42,633 nucleotides of DNA from an uncultured Pseudomonadota bacterium (GTDB lineage: Bacteria; Myxococcota_A; UBA9042; CAIXZC01). The notes beneath the pieces are model-generated. The model saw only the letters and a program-made list of their open reading frames with translations. It did not search any database and had not been told where the DNA came from. Numbering within the stretch: position 1 is the stretch's first letter; each line of letters opens with the position of its first letter. This document shows, in pieces, positions 8,267-16,809 of the stretch. The position numbers and the translations under genes are program-made. Location: contig CALFHQ010000853.1 in NCBI GenBank assembly GCA_937876385.1, positions 1 to 42,633 on the forward strand, given 5' to 3'.

Positions 8267-8311
8267 TTGCGACGGTGTCGTGGGGCGGAGGGTTGCATGA
8301 TTGCGACGGTG
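8267..8311 (-). repeat. Two perfect copies of an 11-bp direct repeat (plus strand TTGCGACGGTG) spaced 34 bp start to start. Candidate enhancer (UAS) sites.
   Basis: The copies are at 8267-8277 and 8301-8311, about 110-170 bp upstream of the sigma54 promoter. An AT-richer stretch (~8190-8220) lies between the repeats and the promoter. Confidence 0.4.
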
Positions 8312-8312
8312 C

Positions 8313-9659
8313 CTACTGGGAGCGGCCGTCTCTGGTTGGAAGCTTGAGTCCCAGGGAGTGAATCTTTCGATACAGCGTAGCCTTGTGCATTCCCAGTCTG
8401 GCAGCGGCCTTGCTGCGGTTGAAATGGGTCTCTTCGAGGGCTTGCCAGATGATGCGGCCTTCCAGGCTTTTCAGGGGGTTGTCGCCTTGGAGGTCCAGCC
8501 CCGGTGGGGGCGGGGAGGGTCGCATTGCGTCGGGAAGGTCATCCACTGTGAGGTTTGGCCCCGGGGTCATGACGAAGGCGTGTTCGACGATGTTCTCGAG
8601 TTCTCGGATGTTGCCTGGGAAGTCGTAGTCGAGGAGGAGTTGCACAAAGTCCGGGCTGGTTCCTCGGACGTCCTTTTTGTGGAGATGATTGAAGCGCTCA
8701 AGCAAGTGGTCGATGAGGAGAGGGACGTCCACTCGGCGATCTCGCAACGGGGGAAGGGTCAGCTTCACGACGTTGATTCGATAGTAGAGATCCTGGCGGA
8801 ACTCTCCGGTAACCAGCATCTCTTCGAGGTCTCGGTTGGTCGCTGCGACCACCCTGGCGTCGGTGTGCTCGGGGTGGTCGGCTCCCAGGGGGTAATACTG
8901 TCGTTCCTGGAGAACTCGCAGCAGCTTCACCTGGACTGCGGGGGTTACGTCTCCCAGTTCATCCAGGAAGATGGTGCCTCCATTGGCCTGTGCGAATCGC
9001 CCCTTCTTATTCCGCTGGGCGCCGGTAAACGCCCCCCGTTTGTGTCCGAACAGCTCGGATTCCAGCAGTGTTTCGGGGAGAGAAGCGCAATTCACCGCGA
9101 TGAAGGGACCGCCTTTTCGAGGGCTGAGATTGTGAATCGCTCGGGCAGCGAGCTCTTTTCCCGTGCCGCTTTCCCCGCAAAGCAGCACCGTGCTGTCGGT
9201 TTCGGCAGCGTCAGAGAGATTGTTGAGGACTTTGCGCATGCGAGAACTGCGGGTCACGATATCGTGGACTGTGTAGCTCTTGTGGAGCTCCTTGCGAAGC
9301 TGAGAAACCTCTCCCAGATCTCGGATGGTCTCCACCCCGCCGATGATGGCACCGTCGGGGGACCGAAGGAGGGCAGTCGAGATGCTCACCGGGCGGCGAT
9401 GTCCTTCCTTGTCCACCAGGAAGATCTCTTTGCAGGTAACCGATGTCCCGGTCTCCATGGTCTGTCTGAGGACGCACTGACCTTCGCAGATGTTTGCCTT
9501 CAGCACCTCACTGCACATCTTCCCCAGGGCTTCTTTGCGAGGGACCCCTGTGAGGGATTCTGCGGCTCGATTGAAGTAGGTGATTCGCCACTCATTGGAG
9601 ACGGTGAACACCCCTTCGGTGATGTTGTCCAGGATGATTGTTGCGTCGGATTCGTTCAT
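8313..9659 (-). CDS. Sigma54-dependent transcriptional activator with PAS, AAA+ and Fis-type HTH domains.
   Basis: The Walker A is 'GESGTGKE', the 'GAFTGA' motif is present, and the C-terminal HTH is '[16 protein letters not shown]'. The N-terminal PAS domain carries '[14 protein letters not shown]'. The start was moved to ATG 9659 (GGAGGG SD); the track ORF runs to 9788. Confidence 0.9.
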   Translation of the reverse strand: MNESDATIILDNITEGVFTVSNEWRITYFNRAAESLTGVPRKEALGKMCSEVLKANICEGQCVLRQTMETGTSVTCKEIFLVDKEGHRRPVSISTALLRSPDGAIIGGVETIRDLGEVSQLRKELHKSYTVHDIVTRSSRMRKVLNNLSDAAETDSTVLLCGESGTGKELAARAIHNLSPRKGGPFIAVNCASLPETLLESELFGHKRGAFTGAQRNKKGRFAQANGGTIFLDELGDVTPAVQVKLLRVLQERQYYPLGADHPEHTDARVVAATNRDLEEMLVTGEFRQDLYYRINVVKLTLPPLRDRRVDVPLLIDHLLERFNHLHKKDVRGTSPDFVQLLLDYDFPGNIRELENIVEHAFVMTPGPNLTVDDLPDAMRPSPPPPGLDLQGDNPLKSLEGRIIWQALEETHFNRSKAAARLGMHKATLYRKIHSLGLKLPTRDGRSQ

Positions 9660-9851
9660 CGGGTGCGTCCCTCCAGTGGGTAGTGTCTCAATAGTGCGAC
9701 GGTTTGGAAGGGAATGCAAGGGGGGTTGCGGGAGCAGGGCTTTGGGCCCAGGATCTCTTCTTGCAAAGGTCCAGCGGGGCTTGCACAATAGAGGCCCTTA
9801 TTGGGGGTGTCTGTTGGCACTGGTGATTTGGTTTGAGACGAAGGGAAGGGA

Positions 9852-11504
9852 ATGAAGGTTTGGTCCAGAGGAAACGTGTTTCAGTTTGCCTTGCTTCTTG
9901 TGGGGACTCTTGTCCTCGTGGCGGGGTGCCGCAAAGAGGAGAAGATTGAACTGGAGGCCTTTCGACTTCCTCCGCAAGAGGTTGTTGCGGTGGAGGAGGT
10001 GGCCACTGCTCAGATTCCGCTGTTTCGCGTCGAGAGTGATTCTCCAGCGGGTTTGATGGCCCGAATTGAACCCCTCCTTCCTGTTCTTCTTCCGCCCCAT
10101 TGGATGGACCAGGTGCCAGGCGTCTTAGAGGAGCTTCGGCGCTTCGAAGCGTTGGCGTTGACCTTGTGGCAGACTGAAATAGTGCTCCCGGAGACGGGAG
10201 CGGGTCCGGTGGTGAAATCGTTGGAGTTGGTGCTTTCGGGACGTCCTTCTGGAGACGTCAATTCCGCTGATGTGCTGGAAGATGCGCAGCGTTTGGCTGG
10301 GTTCCTCGGGGCAGTCATCCCTGGAGAGGAGACCACGGAGTGTCGCATCGAAGGGGAGGAGTTTGAGTGCTCCATTGTGGTGGGTGACGTTGTCAGCAGC
10401 CTTGCCATGGTCTCGAATCTCCCTCACCCAGACGGTTCCCTCCTCCGTCTTTCCGTTGGCCCTGCCGCTGCCTTGAGGATGTTGGAACGAACCTTCGGTG
10501 CACCTGCCGTGTGGTCGGTAGTTCCCGAGGAGGTTGGGCATTGGGACCGATTGGAGTTGACCCTTCCGGCCGACTTGGACCGAATCGAGTTGTCTTTGGA
10601 AACGAGCGACAGTGTGGCCGTGCCCATTTTGAAGCAGATGTTTTCAAAGCGTGGGACCACGGTTGAGGTTCCCAAAGACTCGGCAGTGATTGTTCTGGCT
10701 TCCTTCCAGAACATGGACAATCTGGTCTCTCAGTTGGACGAGTCCTTTGGCAAGAAGTTGGGCCCCGGGGCGATGGTTCGGGCCAGAAAGCTGCTGGCTT
10801 CTTCGTGGCACACGGAGCTGCTGGAGGTTGCCGAAGGGTACTGCGGTGCCATTCCAGGCAAGAAGATCTCGCTGAGCGATCCCTTGAGCAGCTTTGTCTA
10901 CTTCATGGAGCCCAAGACGGACGAGTATCTGCAGAAGCGTCTCAATTACATCTTTGCAAAGAAGAACTACCGCATCGAAGACCGAGAGTTCCGAACCGGG
11001 GAGAAGGTTTGGGTGGCTGTGCGCCGAGGGGCTCGCAAGAATCGGGAGCGGATGGCGTGGTTCAAGCGAGGGGAAGCGGTTTTCTTGGGGAGTACGACGA
11101 ATCTCCAGTCAGTGGCGGAGAGCCTTTTTGTCCCCGAATGGAAGAAACCCGACCCGTTGAAGCTGTCCCTGCCTGAAGGGGAGTGGCTTCATGCTTGGAT
11201 TCATGTGGATGGGTTGGCGGAGCGCCTGGACCTGGGCGAACTGGGGGGAATGGGAGCCGGGATGGCTCTAGCCGTCTTGAAGACCATTGCCGAGGAGGTG
11301 CCTCTGCCGGTGGAGCTTTCATTTCTTCAGGAAAGATTGGCGGGTGGAAGCGATCGCCTGGTTGTGCGGGTTGACAATCTCTTTGCCCTGGGGCTTGCGG
11401 CGGCGAAGCAGTTGGCTCCCTTCTTGAATCTGATGAATCGTCGCCGAGACGAGCAGTCAAAAGAGGGTTCTTCGGTCCCTCCAACCATCGCAGGAAATCA
11501 GTAA
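9852..11504 (+). CDS. Hypothetical lipoprotein of 550 aa with no recognised domain.
   Basis: The signal peptide has the lipobox 'LVLVAGC'. A purine-rich SD precedes ATG 9852. Coding-like composition runs throughout. Its stop lies 3 nt before the folC ATG. Confidence 0.7.
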   Translation: MKVWSRGNVFQFALLLVGTLVLVAGCRKEEKIELEAFRLPPQEVVAVEEVATAQIPLFRVESDSPAGLMARIEPLLPVLLPPHWMDQVPGVLEELRRFEALALTLWQTEIVLPETGAGPVVKSLELVLSGRPSGDVNSADVLEDAQRLAGFLGAVIPGEETTECRIEGEEFECSIVVGDVVSSLAMVSNLPHPDGSLLRLSVGPAAALRMLERTFGAPAVWSVVPEEVGHWDRLELTLPADLDRIELSLETSDSVAVPILKQMFSKRGTTVEVPKDSAVIVLASFQNMDNLVSQLDESFGKKLGPGAMVRARKLLASSWHTELLEVAEGYCGAIPGKKISLSDPLSSFVYFMEPKTDEYLQKRLNYIFAKKNYRIEDREFRTGEKVWVAVRRGARKNRERMAWFKRGEAVFLGSTTNLQSVAESLFVPEWKKPDPLKLSLPEGEWLHAWIHVDGLAERLDLGELGGMGAGMALAVLKTIAEEVPLPVELSFLQERLAGGSDRLVVRVDNLFALGLAAAKQLAPFLNLMNRRRDEQSKEGSSVPPTIAGNQ

Positions 11505-11507
11505 TCC

Positions 11508-12911
11508 ATGGTTCGTTGTAATTCATCCCATGCTTCCTTGAGCGTCGACGATGCCCGGGAGGTGGAGCGTTACTGCCAGGCGAAAGAGTACATTGACAAA
11601 GAGATCGTTCGCCTCACCCCCAGAAACGGCACCCCAGAGCGAAAGGTCGCAACGGCTTTGGGCTTTAATCGACAGTTAGGGAATCCCCAGGCGGAGTACC
11701 CCTCAATTCAGATCGCCGGAACATCCGGGAAGGGCTCTGTTGCCTATTGCTTGAGCCTGATTCTCCATGCGGCAGGCTATTCTACCGGGATGCACATCTC
11801 TCCCTATCTTCAGGTAGCCACCGAAAAGAGCTGGGTTGACGGGGAGTATGCCTCGGGATGGGAGTTTTCAGAGGCGTGCAACGCCATTCGAGAGGTAACC
11901 GAGCGGCATCGATTCGATTTGGACGGTCCAGCGTCGGTTCACGGAATGGCGTCGCTGGCTCTGTCCTACGAAATTTTTCGTCGTCGTCGTATTGACGTAT
12001 GCGTCATGGAAACCGGCCTCGGGGGCCGGTTTGATCTCGTTCAGGGGTTGCAACGGGACCTTGCTGTCATTACCGACATTGGTTTGGATCACACTCGAGC
12101 GTTGGGGGAAGACCGTGTCTCCATTGCCTGGCACAAGGCCGGCATTATGGCCGGAGCGAAGAGGGCCGTGGCGGTTTACGATCCCGAGGTGTGGCCTGTG
12201 TTCGTGGCCGAGTCAAGGTCTTGCGGTGTGCCGCTGCGTCCCATCTACCCCGACGAAGTGGTTCAACTGGCGCCGCTGGACGATGGTTGGTTGGCCCACG
12301 GTGCGCTTCCCAATCTCGGTTCCTTCGAGATTGCTGTTCCGGCAAGTTGGGCGGGCTTTCCACGGAGAAACCTCGCTGTGGCGTTGGTTGCTCTGGATTC
12401 CCTCGTGGAGTTGGGATATCGAATCGAACCGGAGCATTGCCAGGCAGTGACCTCTTCGTTTTTTCCCGGTCGAATGGAGCGAGTCCAGGAGTCCCCTCGG
12501 GTGACTTTGGATGGTGCCCACAACGGCCAGAAGATGCGAGCGCTATGGAACTCGCTGCGCCCCACGGGTGCTCCCCTTGTCCTGCTCTTTGGTGTCACGG
12601 GGATGAGAAAAGTCGAGGAGTTGTTGGGGGCCGCCGGTGTGGCTCCTCACGCCATCGTATTGAGTCGGCCTGACCTCTACGGAAAGGAGGTCTCTAATCC
12701 CGAGGAGCTGGTCCCCGTCGCTCGAAGTTTCTCCCCCCGCGTGGTGGTGGAATCTGACGCCGGCAATGCGGTGAGAGCCGCCCTGGAGTTGGCCGCCGAG
12801 GTCCAGGGAGAGGTGGTGGTGACGGGGTCGCTGTATCTCGTCGGCGAGGCAAGAAATCACTGGTATCCATGGGAGCGCGTCCTCCTTAATCGGCGCTCTG
12901 TCTGGGGCTAA
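11508..12911 (+). CDS. folC: Folylpolyglutamate synthase/dihydrofolate synthase (Mur ligase family).
   Basis: The P-loop is 'IAGTSGKGSV'. Other FolC-type motifs are 'HISPYLQVATEK', 'METGLGGRFD', 'ITDIGLDH', 'PGRMERV' and 'LDGAHN'. Confidence 0.85.
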   Translation: MVRCNSSHASLSVDDAREVERYCQAKEYIDKEIVRLTPRNGTPERKVATALGFNRQLGNPQAEYPSIQIAGTSGKGSVAYCLSLILHAAGYSTGMHISPYLQVATEKSWVDGEYASGWEFSEACNAIREVTERHRFDLDGPASVHGMASLALSYEIFRRRRIDVCVMETGLGGRFDLVQGLQRDLAVITDIGLDHTRALGEDRVSIAWHKAGIMAGAKRAVAVYDPEVWPVFVAESRSCGVPLRPIYPDEVVQLAPLDDGWLAHGALPNLGSFEIAVPASWAGFPRRNLAVALVALDSLVELGYRIEPEHCQAVTSSFFPGRMERVQESPRVTLDGAHNGQKMRALWNSLRPTGAPLVLLFGVTGMRKVEELLGAAGVAPHAIVLSRPDLYGKEVSNPEELVPVARSFSPRVVVESDAGNAVRAALELAAEVQGEVVVTGSLYLVGEARNHWYPWERVLLNRRSVWG

Positions 12912-13017
12912 GCCCAAAATCATTGAATCGTCCCGTTGATGGGTCTATTCTCAATCCCGACGAACGAAAAAAACGACACCCGGAAGAACAACGACCCCCT
13001 GGAAGCGAGGTACCCCC

Positions 13018-13287
13018 ATGGAAACCAGTACGAGTGCGGAGATCAAGATATTCGTCGAACGTGTAGTTCATGCCATCGTCGATTATCCGGACGAAGTGAA
13101 GTGCAATCTTCTGGAGAGCGGGACTATGGTGGTCGTAGAGCTGTCCGCTCACCCCAGCGATATCGGAAAAGTCATTGGTCGAGAGGGTCGAATGGCCCAA
13201 TCACTTCGAGTTTTGTTGACTGCTTTGGCCACAAAACTTGGCAAGAAGGCAGTTTTGCAGATCCTAGAGAGGAAGGAAGACAGCTGA
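13018..13287 (+). CDS. KH-domain RNA-binding protein (UPF0109, YlqC/KhpA family).
   Basis: It is 89 aa long. 'DIGKVIGREGRMAQSLRVLL' contains the GxxG KH core. The size and layout are typical of the family. Confidence 0.85.
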   Translation: METSTSAEIKIFVERVVHAIVDYPDEVKCNLLESGTMVVVELSAHPSDIGKVIGREGRMAQSLRVLLTALATKLGKKAVLQILERKEDS

Positions 13288-13350
13288 GCCGGCTCTTGCC
13301 GTCCAAGTTGGACAGATAGCACGCTCAGTCTACTAATAAAGGAGGACCCT

Positions 13351-16300
13351 ATGTCCAAGCGGTTACTTCTGCTGCTGGGTTGTGCGCTCATTCTGGCGAC
13401 GGCGTGTGGGGAAGTTGGGAGCGATGAACCTTCCACTACCCTCATAGCGCAATTCAACCCTGCGCCGGTGTCTCCGGACGCCGACCACCTCATTTCCCCC
13501 ATGGTACCAGCACCCAGCGACCTCCTCATCGACCCCGCTACGGGCATGGTGAATCTTCCACTGGAATACTCCCTGGCTGTCCTGGGCCAAAAGGAGCCGG
13601 TGGTCATTCCAGCCTTCTCTACGGACGCCGTGACGGAGTTCATGGAGACGTACTTCAACACCCTCCACGGGTTCGTCACCGCCATCACCACGTCGTTTGT
13701 CATTCAGGGTGCGGCCCTGGATGCAGCCACGGTGAATGAAGACACTGTGCGGGTCTACGATGTCACCGGCCTGGTGCAGGACGACGTCGAAACCTATCCC
13801 GTGGTGCGAGTGGACGGGTATTCCATTGCCCAATCGCTTCGGGAAGAAGGCTCTCCGTACACCGACGTCGTGATCGCTCCTCCCGCCGCGGGGTGGGAGC
13901 AGGGGCACACCTACATGATGGTGGTGACCTCTGGGGTGAAGGACGAAGCGGGGGTTTCCCTCAGCTCCGGTTATGTCTTCAACTTCCTTAAGGGCACTGA
14001 TGCTGTGTACAAGGACGGCGGAAGTGTGACTGCACTTCCCGACGAGACGGCGCTCCAGTTGGAAGAGCTCCGTTTGCAGCTTGCCCCCTTGTTTGGGTGG
14101 CTTGAAGGGGTGGCCGAGGGTGACATGGCGGTTCCTCGCAAGGACATCGCCCTCCTGTGGACCCTCACCATTCACTCGGAGCCCATTGCATTGAACGATC
14201 CCAGCGCCGGCGTGGTTCCCACCCCCAACGATCTTCTCAAGACTTCCGTCGCCGGTTCGCGGCACGACTGTGATGGTGACGGCAAGGCGGATTGCATTGC
14301 CGGGAACATGTGCTTCCCCATCGACTGCGAAAACGACAGCGGAGTCCAGAAGCGGCTAATGGCCCACATGAACTCCCTGGACGGCTGGCCCGTGTCAAGC
14401 CTGGTTATCACCTCGGGCTTCTCCAGGCCGCTGGATTCTGAGGCCGTCACGGCTGACTCGGTGTTTGTAAGCCAACTCACCGAGGAAGGCCCCGTCCCCC
14501 TGGAAAACCTCTCCTTTGGGATTTCTGAGGACGGCATGACGTTGAACATCGCTCCCGGCCAACCGATGGTTCCCGGTGGCAAGTACTCGGTGGTTCTGAC
14601 CCGAGGGTTGAAGGGCGCCGAAGGGGGCCTCTCGGTTGCTCCCTCCCAGGTCACCGCCATCTCGAAGTTGACTGAAGCGGTCGCTGGAAACGGCGGGGTG
14701 AGCTATCTGGCCGAGCTGGGTGTGGACATGTTCACCGGCCTCCTTCTGGAAGTCGTCCGGCAGGGTGCAAACAGCCTCATACAGCTCCTCGATCTGGACG
14801 GCTCTCGAGAGAATATCGCTTCCATCTGGAGCTTCTCGGTTCAGTCGGACAACGAGGCCATCTTTGACGTCACGTCGGGGGATATTCCCTTCCCCAACGA
14901 CTTGATGATGGCGTTGGACGAGGCGGGGAACCCGGTCTCCATCAACCTCCCCATCGATCCCACATGGCCCGCTGCCCAGCAGCAGATTGTGGGAGCAATC
15001 AACCAGTTGGACGGTTTCTCACCCGTGGGTGCACTGTCGGCAAGCTTCTCTCGCCCCTTAGACGAGTCCAGCTTCAAGTGGTTGACCTCGATCTCCACAC
15101 CTGACCTTGAAACCATCTATTTCAACGACAACACCGAGCCTGGCCTGGGAGACATCTCCGTGGCCGTGGTGGACGTCACCGAAGTCGATCCCTCAGCGGG
15201 GATCATGGGGCTGGCACCCCTCCTCGACCCGACGAATATCTATGGACCCGATTCAGTGGACGCCCATTTTGTGGGCGGCAAGCTGGTCCTTCAGCCGAAG
15301 ACCGGCGCCCCTCTTCTTGATGGCCGTCGCTACATGGCCATCCTCTTCGACAATCTCACCAGTGCAGAGAACGATGCCTCCGGGGAGATTGCGCAGGTGA
15401 AGGTGGCCCCCACCTTCTTCCTGGCTCGAGAGTCGGAGCCGCTGGTGGACGAAGAAGGGCACAGCCAGGTGATAATCCTCTCCGACGCCGATGCTGCCCA
15501 GTTGGAGCAGCTTCGCAGCAACTACAATCCGATCTTCACCGCCCTCGAAGGAATCGGAGTTCCTCGAGAACGGCTCGTGATGTTTTGGACCTTCACCACC
15601 CAGAATGTGGTGGAATGGCTGGCCGGGTTGAACACCGAGTTGGCTGGAAAGGGGACCCCCAATGGGGTCACCGGTACCGTCGGAGACGGGACCGCCATGG
15701 ATTCTCTCACCGGTTTGGGGACTGTGGTCACCGATGGTCGGCTTTCGGCTTGGACGGGGCTCTCCCAGCCCGACTTGACCAATCCCGAAGCACCTGATTT
15801 TGGCAGCATGATGCAGGATGAAGCTGGGAATATCGAGTGGGCAGAGACGGAGATACCGTTCCTGTTGCTGGTTCCGCAAGAGACCGCCGAGCACGTCGCT
15901 CCCTTCCCCGTCATCATGTACCAGCATGGCTTCTTTGGAAGCAAAGAGAAGGCCCTGATGCACGCACAGAGCTACCTCGATGCCGGCTACGCATTGCTGG
16001 CCATCGACCTGCCCCTGCACGGAGAACGCACCCCCGCTGGGGTGGAAGGTGGGACGGGATTCCTGTCCGCCGATGCTGCGGGTTCCAAAGACCATATCGT
16101 GCAGGCATCTCTGGACATGGCTCAGACCCTTCGAGGGCTGGATGATGGTGGAGCGCTTCAGCTTTGGTTGACCGACGAGCTGGGCAGTTCACCGTTGGAT
16201 TCCGGGCGGGTGTACCTTGTTGGACATTCTCTGGGTGCCATGTGCTCGGTCATCGTGGCGGCAGTAGAGAACGCCTTGGATGCAGTGGTTCTGATTGCAC

Positions 16301-16809
16301 CCGGCGGCCACCTGACCCGCATCCTCTCTGAAACCGAGAGCGCCTGGTTGAAGGATCCCATCATGGGTCAGTTGAGCGCCATGGGCATCGAGCCTGGGAC
16401 TTCGGCATATAACCAGTTTGTGACGATGGCTCAGATTCTGTTGGACAAGGGAGACCCCATTCACTACGCCAGACGAATGGCTCGGTCGCCGCTTGACGGC
16501 GTCTCTGCAAAACCAGTTCTGATCATCCAGCCGGGTGCGGATGGCCTGATGCCTGAAGCTACGAGTCGTGGAATCGCCTGTGCCATGAGAACCGGCGACA
16601 TGCCCTATGTGAAGCGTTTCGAGGGGCAGTGCCACTCGTTCTACGAGCATGGATGCAGCGCAGACGATGCACCTCCAGGGGCTGATGCGACCACTGCGTT
16701 GGGCGATATTCTGACGTTCCTTGACGGCGCCGGTGATGGCACAGCCGTTGTTGGGGCCATTCCGGGCACAGAGCTCGAATGCACCGATGACCTGGGGGTG
16801 ACGAGATGA
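13351..16809 (+). CDS. Large secreted lipoprotein with three repeated N-terminal modules (VolA/bacterial-lipase-N-like) and a C-terminal alpha/beta-hydrolase (lipase/esterase) domain.
   Basis: The lipobox is 'LILATAC' and the SD AAAGGAGGA is strong. The repeated motifs are 'PAPSDLL', 'PTPNDLL' and 'PFPNDLM'. The last two are followed by 'LDGW/LDGF...FSRPLD'. The nucleophile elbow is 'VGHSLGA' near the C-terminus. Confidence 0.7.
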   Translation: MSKRLLLLLGCALILATACGEVGSDEPSTTLIAQFNPAPVSPDADHLISPMVPAPSDLLIDPATGMVNLPLEYSLAVLGQKEPVVIPAFSTDAVTEFMETYFNTLHGFVTAITTSFVIQGAALDAATVNEDTVRVYDVTGLVQDDVETYPVVRVDGYSIAQSLREEGSPYTDVVIAPPAAGWEQGHTYMMVVTSGVKDEAGVSLSSGYVFNFLKGTDAVYKDGGSVTALPDETALQLEELRLQLAPLFGWLEGVAEGDMAVPRKDIALLWTLTIHSEPIALNDPSAGVVPTPNDLLKTSVAGSRHDCDGDGKADCIAGNMCFPIDCENDSGVQKRLMAHMNSLDGWPVSSLVITSGFSRPLDSEAVTADSVFVSQLTEEGPVPLENLSFGISEDGMTLNIAPGQPMVPGGKYSVVLTRGLKGAEGGLSVAPSQVTAISKLTEAVAGNGGVSYLAELGVDMFTGLLLEVVRQGANSLIQLLDLDGSRENIASIWSFSVQSDNEAIFDVTSGDIPFPNDLMMALDEAGNPVSINLPIDPTWPAAQQQIVGAINQLDGFSPVGALSASFSRPLDESSFKWLTSISTPDLETIYFNDNTEPGLGDISVAVVDVTEVDPSAGIMGLAPLLDPTNIYGPDSVDAHFVGGKLVLQPKTGAPLLDGRRYMAILFDNLTSAENDASGEIAQVKVAPTFFLARESEPLVDEEGHSQVIILSDADAAQLEQLRSNYNPIFTALEGIGVPRERLVMFWTFTTQNVVEWLAGLNTELAGKGTPNGVTGTVGDGTAMDSLTGLGTVVTDGRLSAWTGLSQPDLTNPEAPDFGSMMQDEAGNIEWAETEIPFLLLVPQETAEHVAPFPVIMYQHGFFGSKEKALMHAQSYLDAGYALLAIDLPLHGERTPAGVEGGTGFLSADAAGSKDHIVQASLDMAQTLRGLDDGGALQLWLTDELGSSPLDSGRVYLVGHSLGAMCSVIVAAVENALDAVVLIAPGGHLTRILSETESAWLKDPIMGQLSAMGIEPGTSAYNQFVTMAQILLDKGDPIHYARRMARSPLDGVSAKPVLIIQPGADGLMPEATSRGIACAMRTGDMPYVKRFEGQCHSFYEHGCSADDAPPGADATTALGDILTFLDGAGDGTAVVGAIPGTELECTDDLGVTR

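Noticed and set aside
9815-9831. A perfect TGGCAC hexamer ~30 nt upstream of the lipoprotein ATG, next to the sigma54 activator gene. I considered it as a possible second sigma54 promoter.
   Set aside because: The -12 GC is missing at the required spacing. Positions 12 nt downstream of the GG read TT, and the nearest TTGG is 1-2 nt out of register. Sigma54 promoters tolerate little spacing change.
12129-12145. TGGCACAAGGCCGGCAT with the correct GG-N10-GC spacing.
   Set aside because: It lies in the middle of the folC coding region with no downstream gene start, and the -12 flank is poor (CGGCA versus TTGCA). It is most likely a chance match.
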